Shown: positions 59,138 to 64,000 of the stretch, one piece after another
Layout: the number at the start of each line of letters is the position of its first letter
How positions within the stretch are numbered: position 1 is the first letter of the stretch
IMG/VR virus record: IMGVR_UViG_3300040770_000151
DNA: 64,000 nt
Source of the DNA: a virus
Strand: one strand, 5' to 3'
Position numbers and translations under genes: made by a program
The notes under the pieces: generated by a model
Database searches by the model: none
What the model saw: only the letters and a program-made list of their open reading frames with translations
What the model was told of the DNA's origin: nothing

Positions 59138-59560
59138 ATGGATATTAAAACTATCAAAATTAAAAAAGTGGATACTGAAAAATTAATTGAATTTTTAGCA
59201 ATCCCATTGAATGAGAATGAAAAATTATCAATAGATGTTTTTGGAGTTTTTGAAAACAAATTCGGAATCGATACTGATTGTTGTTTCTGGGAAATAAATC
59301 AAGCGTTCTTTAATGAAAAAATACAAGATGTAATTGATATTGAATGTAGAATTAAGAAGTATAACGATAAAGGAGGTTATTCAATTAGAATGGATAAAGC
59401 TGATTTTGTAAAAACAATTTCTTTAGAAGATTATTTGAAATTATCTGAAGAAGTTATGCTTGTAGATTTTATAAGATTGGATTATAATCCGAGAATTACA
59501 GGCAATCAAAAATTATTGATGAAACATATTAGACAAAGTTATGCCGTTCCAACCGCATAG
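59138..59560 (+). CDS. Cassette ORF B2
   Basis: ORF track; between sites B2 and B3. Confidence 0.7.
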   Translation: MDIKTIKIKKVDTEKLIEFLAIPLNENEKLSIDVFGVFENKFGIDTDCCFWEINQAFFNEKIQDVIDIECRIKKYNDKGGYSIRMDKADFVKTISLEDYLKLSEEVMLVDFIRLDYNPRITGNQKLLMKHIRQSYAVPTA

Positions 59561-59686
59561 CCAGTAACGCCTACCGCTACAGCACGCCGCCTAAGTGGTT
59601 GCGTAGGTTCGGCGGTGGTTTGTAACGGTTGTTATGCCTTCGCCTTTTTATTTACAACATATTATTAACTAATAAATTATAAAAAA

Positions 59687-60163
59687 ATGAACAATTATTT
59701 ATTTAAAAAAATAGAACAAGCTCACGGAGCTTATTTTGAAAACTTAACTTTTATTGCAAATGAAGTTTGTCGTGAAAGACAATCAGAATCGTTTGAAGAA
59801 TTTACTGAATTAGAACCTGCTGAAATAGCAAAAGTTTTAGGATGGAATGACAAAAAAGAAACCCTATCTCTAATTGAAAGCGAAATAAAAGACAAAAGTT
59901 TATCTGGATTATTATTGAGATACGATATGACTGGATTTTTAGCACAATGTATGATGCCTGAATGTTCAAATTTTAGATTTGAAGAAGGAAAAGAAAGACC
60001 TTGCTCGTGGAGTGTTCACGGTGGAATTTGCAGAATATTTTGGATTTATGCTGAATCAATAGGCGAGCTAGTTGAAAAGTTAGAGCAAAAAGCAGAGAAT
60101 TTATTTTTAGAAGCCGTAAATAAATCAAGGTCAGTTGTAGATTCCAACCAAGCTGACGCATAA
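59687..60163 (+). CDS. Cassette ORF B3
   Basis: Stop overlaps TAAC of B4. Confidence 0.7.
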   Translation: MNNYLFKKIEQAHGAYFENLTFIANEVCRERQSESFEEFTELEPAEIAKVLGWNDKKETLSLIESEIKDKSLSGLLLRYDMTGFLAQCMMPECSNFRFEEGKERPCSWSVHGGICRIFWIYAESIGELVEKLEQKAENLFLEAVNKSRSVVDSNQADA

Positions 60164-60315
60164 CGGTCGAGTGCTTGGCGAAGAAGCGGAAAAGTACATG
60201 CTATTTTTCGATTAAGCCTAAATTTTAAAGACACAAAATATATTATAAATTAATAACCGAACCCGCTTTTTTGCCAAACACTTGTTATGGTTAGTGCGGT
60301 TCATAAAAACAAAAA

Positions 60316-60795
60316 GTGATGAAACAATTAAATCAAATTATCAAAACATTAAGAGAAGAAACGGCTTTTTCATTTACCGAAAAGAAATTAGAAATACTTA
60401 GAAGTCAAAAAGATTATTCAGAAATGATGAAACAATGTTATAGCGGGAAAGATAATACTACTATTGAAGAATGTGAAGAAAACGCTATTAGAACGTTTGT
60501 TTCTGAATATCAAAAAATGTGTGAGATTTATTCAGGATGGTTGAAAAATGGAAAGGTTTTTATTTTAGATAAAAGAGACCATTTTATTCTTGCACTATAC
60601 AAAGTTGATGATATTGCACATAAGGCAATTGCACAATACAATCCATTGAATGTAGATTGCATTGAGCAATCAATTTCAAATAAACATTTTTTCGAGCAAT
60701 TAAATATCCGTTTTGATATTTCTACAAATGAAGAATTATTAATTAAAGAATGTGATTTGTTAATCAAAAATTCAATTGTTTACCCAGCACCGTAG
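60316..60795 (+). CDS. Cassette ORF B4
   Basis: Between sites B4 and B5. Confidence 0.7.
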   Translation: MMKQLNQIIKTLREETAFSFTEKKLEILRSQKDYSEMMKQCYSGKDNTTIEECEENAIRTFVSEYQKMCEIYSGWLKNGKVFILDKRDHFILALYKVDDIAHKAIAQYNPLNVDCIEQSISNKHFFEQLNIRFDISTNEELLIKECDLLIKNSIVYPAP

Positions 60796-61066
60796 CATTA
60801 ACCATAACGGAATGTGGCTTTATTTCAGTTGCAAAATTCGTAACCGATAATTTTCGGCTAATAAAAAACGACTTTCGAAAGATAATTTTGATTTTATCAG
60901 ATATTTTGCAATTGAATAAAACCACTGTTATCGCTAGTTGCAAGTAGTTCAGAAAAATACTTTAGAAAATAATTTAAATATTTTATAAAAACACTTGTTT
61001 ATTATAAAATAAGTTATATATTTGCTAAAGAAATAACAACGAAGTTATTTTGTAATTTTTATTATT

Positions 61067-61312
61067 ATGAATAATGTTTATACAAATAGTCGTCCAACTG
61101 AAAGTTTTTGCAAACTAAAAGCTACTTGTGGATTACACGGTAATTTAGACATTCACGGAATGGAATGGAGCGAAAGAGTTATTTTAAAAGTAGTTGCTTT
61201 TGATAGAACTAACGGAGTTTTAATCGTTGAAAATGATAACGGATTAAAATGGAATACAGATTTGAAGAAAATGCAATTCTGTTTAGAGAATGGCAATTCA
61301 GTTCCAAACTAA
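61067..61312 (+). CDS. Cassette B5 ORF 1
   Basis: Behind internal TATATTTG promoter 61017-61024. Confidence 0.65.
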   Translation: MNNVYTNSRPTESFCKLKATCGLHGNLDIHGMEWSERVILKVVAFDRTNGVLIVENDNGLKWNTDLKKMQFCLENGNSVPN

Positions 61313-61514
61313 AATGCCATTCATCCTAAAAAATAAAGAAACCGAGCAATATAGATTGTTCGGTTCTTTACCTATCCTTTGCCGAAGCATTGGATTTGAC
61401 GAAAAAAAAGAGAAAAATTTGCTTTACACTTTCTCTCAAAAAAAAGAAATAAAGTTTGAAAATAACGAGTTTCTAATTGTAAAAGTCTTTTTAGAACGTG
61501 GTGGCAGCAATTAG
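61290..61514 (+). CDS. Cassette B5 ORF 2, possible small DNA-binding protein
   Basis: Overlaps ORF 1; FGSLPILC motif resembles the C-terminus of 4570-4836. Confidence 0.55.
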   Translation: MAIQFQTKMPFILKNKETEQYRLFGSLPILCRSIGFDEKKEKNLLYTFSQKKEIKFENNEFLIVKVFLERGGSN

Positions 61515-61590
61515 CGATAACGTTTTGCGGCTTTGTCGTCGTTGTGGCGTTTGAACACAAATATTAACAAAGAAAACAAATCATTAAATT

Positions 61591-61788
61591 ATGCCAAATA
61601 CTTCCAAAAATGCCCAAGTGCCACAATGCGACAAAACCGCTGTTAGCAGTAGTTATTCGTTAGATGAAGTTAGAAATATTGTTCTTGAAATGCGTAATGA
61701 AGCGATATCTGGTTTAAGAGGTGAGAGGCGTTGGGACATGCAAAAACGACTTGGTAAAATAAGAGATAAATGGAAGTTGGGGTATTAA
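61591..61788 (+). CDS. Cassette ORF B6 (starts inside site B6)
   Basis: GTT crossover at 61642 is codon 18 (Val). Confidence 0.6.
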   Translation: MPNTSKNAQVPQCDKTAVSSSYSLDEVRNIVLEMRNEAISGLRGERRWDMQKRLGKIRDKWKLGY

Positions 61789-61902
61789 TTACTGCTAACG
61801 TTCCCGCGATAGGGGCTGTTTGCCTATGCGGAAACCTACTTTCGGCAAATAGACCTTATCGTGTGTTATCAATATTATGAATTATTAAAACAAAAATAAA
61901 TT

Positions 61903-62163
61903 ATGGAAACTAAAAAACCAAACAATCCAAGTGCATTTCCTGTAATAGCTACAGAACAATCGTTTTTTAATCAAAGCCCATTAATGCCTGAATCAGGAAT
62001 GACTTTAAGAGACCATTTTGCTGGATTAGCAATGCAGGGATTAATGTCAATGGAAGAAAAAGGAGAGTATCAAACAATTGATGATGCTTGGAGGAAAATA
62101 GCTGAATACTCGTATCAAATGGCTAACGCTATGCTAAAAGTTCGTGAAGAAACGGAATCGTAA
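61903..62163 (+). CDS. Cassette ORF B7, widespread phage AFP...GMTLRD family
   Basis: SAFP...GMTLRDHFAGLAMQG...YQMANAMLK.RE. Confidence 0.75.
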   Translation: METKKPNNPSAFPVIATEQSFFNQSPLMPESGMTLRDHFAGLAMQGLMSMEEKGEYQTIDDAWRKIAEYSYQMANAMLKVREETES

Positions 62164-62333
62164 TATTATTGATAACGGTTCGCTAGTAGGCGATGGTTAG
62201 GGTCAGGATTCTAATTGTGGCGAATTCTCCTTAATTAAACCAAGTACAAAAAACTAATTAAATTAATCACGATGCCCAACTATTGCTTACTAGCTGTTAG
62301 CATTTGTGCGGGTAACTAAAACTAAATATTATT

Positions 62334-62546
62334 ATGAAAGCAATAGGAAATTATTTGCCGTGGGAATCTGGATATTATGAAAGTTCAGGTTCATATAAAA
62401 AAAGCAATGGAGAATTAATATTTTGTTATACTTATTATTTCTCTGGAAAAGCGGAACAAATTGAAACAAGACACCCTATAGATTGTGGTAAATTAAATAA
62501 AGAGATTGAAGAAAAATGTAATTCAAAAACGAAAATACAGCATTGA
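62334..62546 (+). CDS. Cassette ORF B8
   Basis: Between B8 and truncated B9. Confidence 0.65.
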   Translation: MKAIGNYLPWESGYYESSGSYKKSNGELIFCYTYYFSGKAEQIETRHPIDCGKLNKEIEEKCNSKTKIQH

Positions 62547-62595
62547 TGCTAACTCATCCATACAACTAACTAACCTATTCAATACCCTGTAAACA

Positions 62596-62880
62596 ATGAC
62601 TTCAAACCTTGACAAAAATTATTTTATCACTTATTCAAACTATTTTAAAATAGATAATAAGACGTTTGCATTTAGAAAAAAAGTTTTGTTTGACATCACT
62701 AATTTACCTATCAAACTAGAGTTAAAAGACAATAATAATTGTTTAGGTTATTGGATAAATCGAAAATGGTATAGTTTAAGTAAATTAGAGCCATTAGTTA
62801 AAAAAGAGAATATTAAAAAAGATGTTAGTATATTGCAATGGAATGAACAAATACATTTAGATTATGTGTTTAATATCTAA
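62596..62880 (+). CDS. Hypothetical protein
   Basis: ORF track. Confidence 0.6.
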   Translation: MTSNLDKNYFITYSNYFKIDNKTFAFRKKVLFDITNLPIKLELKDNNNCLGYWINRKWYSLSKLEPLVKKENIKKDVSILQWNEQIHLDYVFNI

Positions 62881-63052
62881 TTAAGGCGAATTCGCCACAA
62901 TTAAAAAAATAAAATTATGGGAAATATAATAAGATTCATATTTAGAACCAACTATAGATATAACAAAATAGATCAGTTTTTTATATTTTTGGGATTTTTT
63001 GGAATTATACAATGGTTGTTGATATTAATATTTTTAATTTTTAAATAAAAAT

Positions 63053-63083
63053 AAAAAAACGCTCTTAATTGGAGCGTTTTTTT
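63053..63083. terminator. Bidirectional terminator
   Basis: aaaaaaacgctc-ttaattg-gagcgttttttt. Confidence 0.8.
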
Positions 63084-63235
63084 ATTTTTATACCTAAGTC
63101 ATTCTTTACTTTATTTATTCCTTTAATCCATCTTAAAATACGTCCTACAATTGTTTTTGGTGGTTTATCGCTTATTAGTCCTGTGGCTACATCTATTATT
63201 ATGTTTGGGTCTATTTGTTCTTGATCTTGTTTCAT
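63065..63235 (-). CDS. Small basic amphipathic lysis-associated protein (56 aa; paralog 28303)
   Basis: Manual ORF MKQDQEQIDPNIIIDVATGLISDKPPKTIVGRILRWIK. Confidence 0.6.
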   Translation of the reverse strand: MKQDQEQIDPNIIIDVATGLISDKPPKTIVGRILRWIKGINKVKNDLGIKIKKRSN

Positions 63236-63672
63236 AGTTGTTTTCTAAAATATTGTTCTACTTCTGATTTTCTGCGACCTATTAACTCTTTGTTTTTAGT
63301 CCACATCATAAACGCACTTTTAATAGTAGGGTCGTTTGGATTTGCATTTACGCGTCTTAAAACAGTACTTTTAGCAAATCCATTTATTCCGATGTTATAA
63401 GCTAACGATACAAGGGCATTGAATTGGTTTTGCGTAACTTCTTTAGTTAACAGTGCATTTACTTGCTTTGCGAAATTATCGCTTGTTACACTTCCTAACT
63501 TGTAAGCTTCACGCATTGTAAGTACTTTATCTTTCATTGTTACTTTTTTACCGTCAAGATAATAAGTATTTCCCATTGCAATAGTTGGTATTCCTTGCGT
63601 GTCTAAATAAGGCTTTAATTTCAATCCTTCTCTTTCGTGTAGAGCGTTATATCCGTTATCGTCTAGTCTCAT
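63232..63672 (-). CDS. Endolysin, GH24 lysozyme
   Basis: EGLKLKPYLDTQGIPTIAMG (E-x8-D-x5-T), QNQFNALVS, GRRKSE. Confidence 0.9.
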   Translation of the reverse strand: MRLDDNGYNALHEREGLKLKPYLDTQGIPTIAMGNTYYLDGKKVTMKDKVLTMREAYKLGSVTSDNFAKQVNALLTKEVTQNQFNALVSLAYNIGINGFAKSTVLRRVNANPNDPTIKSAFMMWTKNKELIGRRKSEVEQYFRKQL

Positions 63673-63679
63673 AATTTAT

Positions 63680-63997
63680 TTATAATTTTGTTGATTCACT
63701 TATTACCATAAACATTAAACTGATTAAAGCGGTTATTAATACGCCTGCAATAAATTTACCTGCTCTCATATGTTCTTTTAATAGTATATTTTCATCTTCA
63801 ATAGTTTCAACTTTTGAATTTAGTTTATCAAGTAATTGAATTAATCCTTTATTGCCATTTATATTACTACCTGCTAGGGCAATTTTAACTTCCTGCATAA
63901 AGTCTTTTACTTCGGTCATATCTTGCTTGTATATTCTAAAATGATGCTCTAAACGCTCAACGTTTAACTTGATTTCTGAAATATCCCTTTGATCCAT
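63680..63997 (-). CDS. Lysis-module protein (paralog 28939)
   Basis: Near-identical to 28939. Confidence 0.7.
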   Translation of the reverse strand: MDQRDISEIKLNVERLEHHFRIYKQDMTEVKDFMQEVKIALAGSNINGNKGLIQLLDKLNSKVETIEDENILLKEHMRAGKFIAGVLITALISLMFMVISESTKL

Positions 63998-64000
63998 TTG

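Larger units (their letters stand above)
58682..62553 (+). mobile_element. Integron-like cassette array B: sites B1 58682-58753, B2 58973-59103, B3 59565-59634, B4 60161-60287, B5 60805-60930, B6 61518-61645, B7 61796-61868, B8 62173-62299, truncated B9 62550-62553
   Basis: Each site is TAAC-(5-6 nt)-arm...arm-(1 nt)-GTTA; one or two ORFs lie between sites; cassette ends are complementary. Confidence 0.8.
28290..63083. mobile_element. Phage genome unit B (apparently complete, ~34.8 kb)
   Basis: Lysis, tail spike, portal, MCP, TMP, TerL/TerS, replication and early genes between two homologous bidirectional terminators. Confidence 0.85.

Noticed and set aside
26996-62299. Cassette hairpins as simple Rho-independent terminators
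   Set aside because: Most lack a U-tract directly after the stem, and terminators would not explain the fixed AAC/GTT core or the cassette-end complementarity. Some termination activity is not excluded.
26996-62553. CRISPR array interpretation of the repeated elements
   Set aside because: Repeats are not identical, the spacers are whole genes, and no cas genes are present.
2283-63400. Antisense and overlapping ORFs in the track (e.g. 2283, 6309, 7863, 15635, 16503, 17299, 17752, 21865, 24607, 24973, 30688, 35350, 39852, 40143, 41609, 43178, 43252, 43640, 47242, 49003, 51640, 52556, 56338, 56387, 56694, 59973, 60046, 60528, 61372, 63215)
   Set aside because: They lie opposite or inside well-supported genes or hairpins and show the low-complexity composition of shadow ORFs.
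1-64000. Integrase, att sites, diversity-generating retroelement or invertase system
   Set aside because: No tyrosine or serine recombinase, reverse transcriptase or TR/VR pair was recognised.

Overview
AT-rich tailed-phage DNA. TAnnTTTG promoter boxes and gene content point to a Bacteroidota (Flavobacterium-like) host. The window holds two related phage genome units in tandem, same orientation, with a period of about 32-35 kb. Unit A (1 to ~28.3 kb) has an HK97-type siphovirus head/tail module, a primase-helicase replication module, a divergent early switch and a rightward early operon. Unit B (~28.3 to ~63.05 kb) has lysis genes, a tail spike, a non-homologous virion module with unusual gene order, a different replication module, and the same switch and early operon. 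A further lysis module starts at ~63.07 kb. No integrase, RT or CRISPR was seen. Two main discoveries: (1) the unit A terminase large subunit gene is split inside its Walker A motif by a 42-nt hairpin insert with in-frame stops and matched GGA codons, which resembles a programmed ribosomal bypass; (2) both rightward early operons end in integron-like cassette arrays (12 TAAC...GTTA hairpin sites, mostly ~70 or ~127 nt), each cassette's two ends are mutually complementary, one cassette carries tRNA-Phe instead of an ORF, and no recombinase is encoded in the window. Product calls come from motif recognition and synteny only; no database searches were run.
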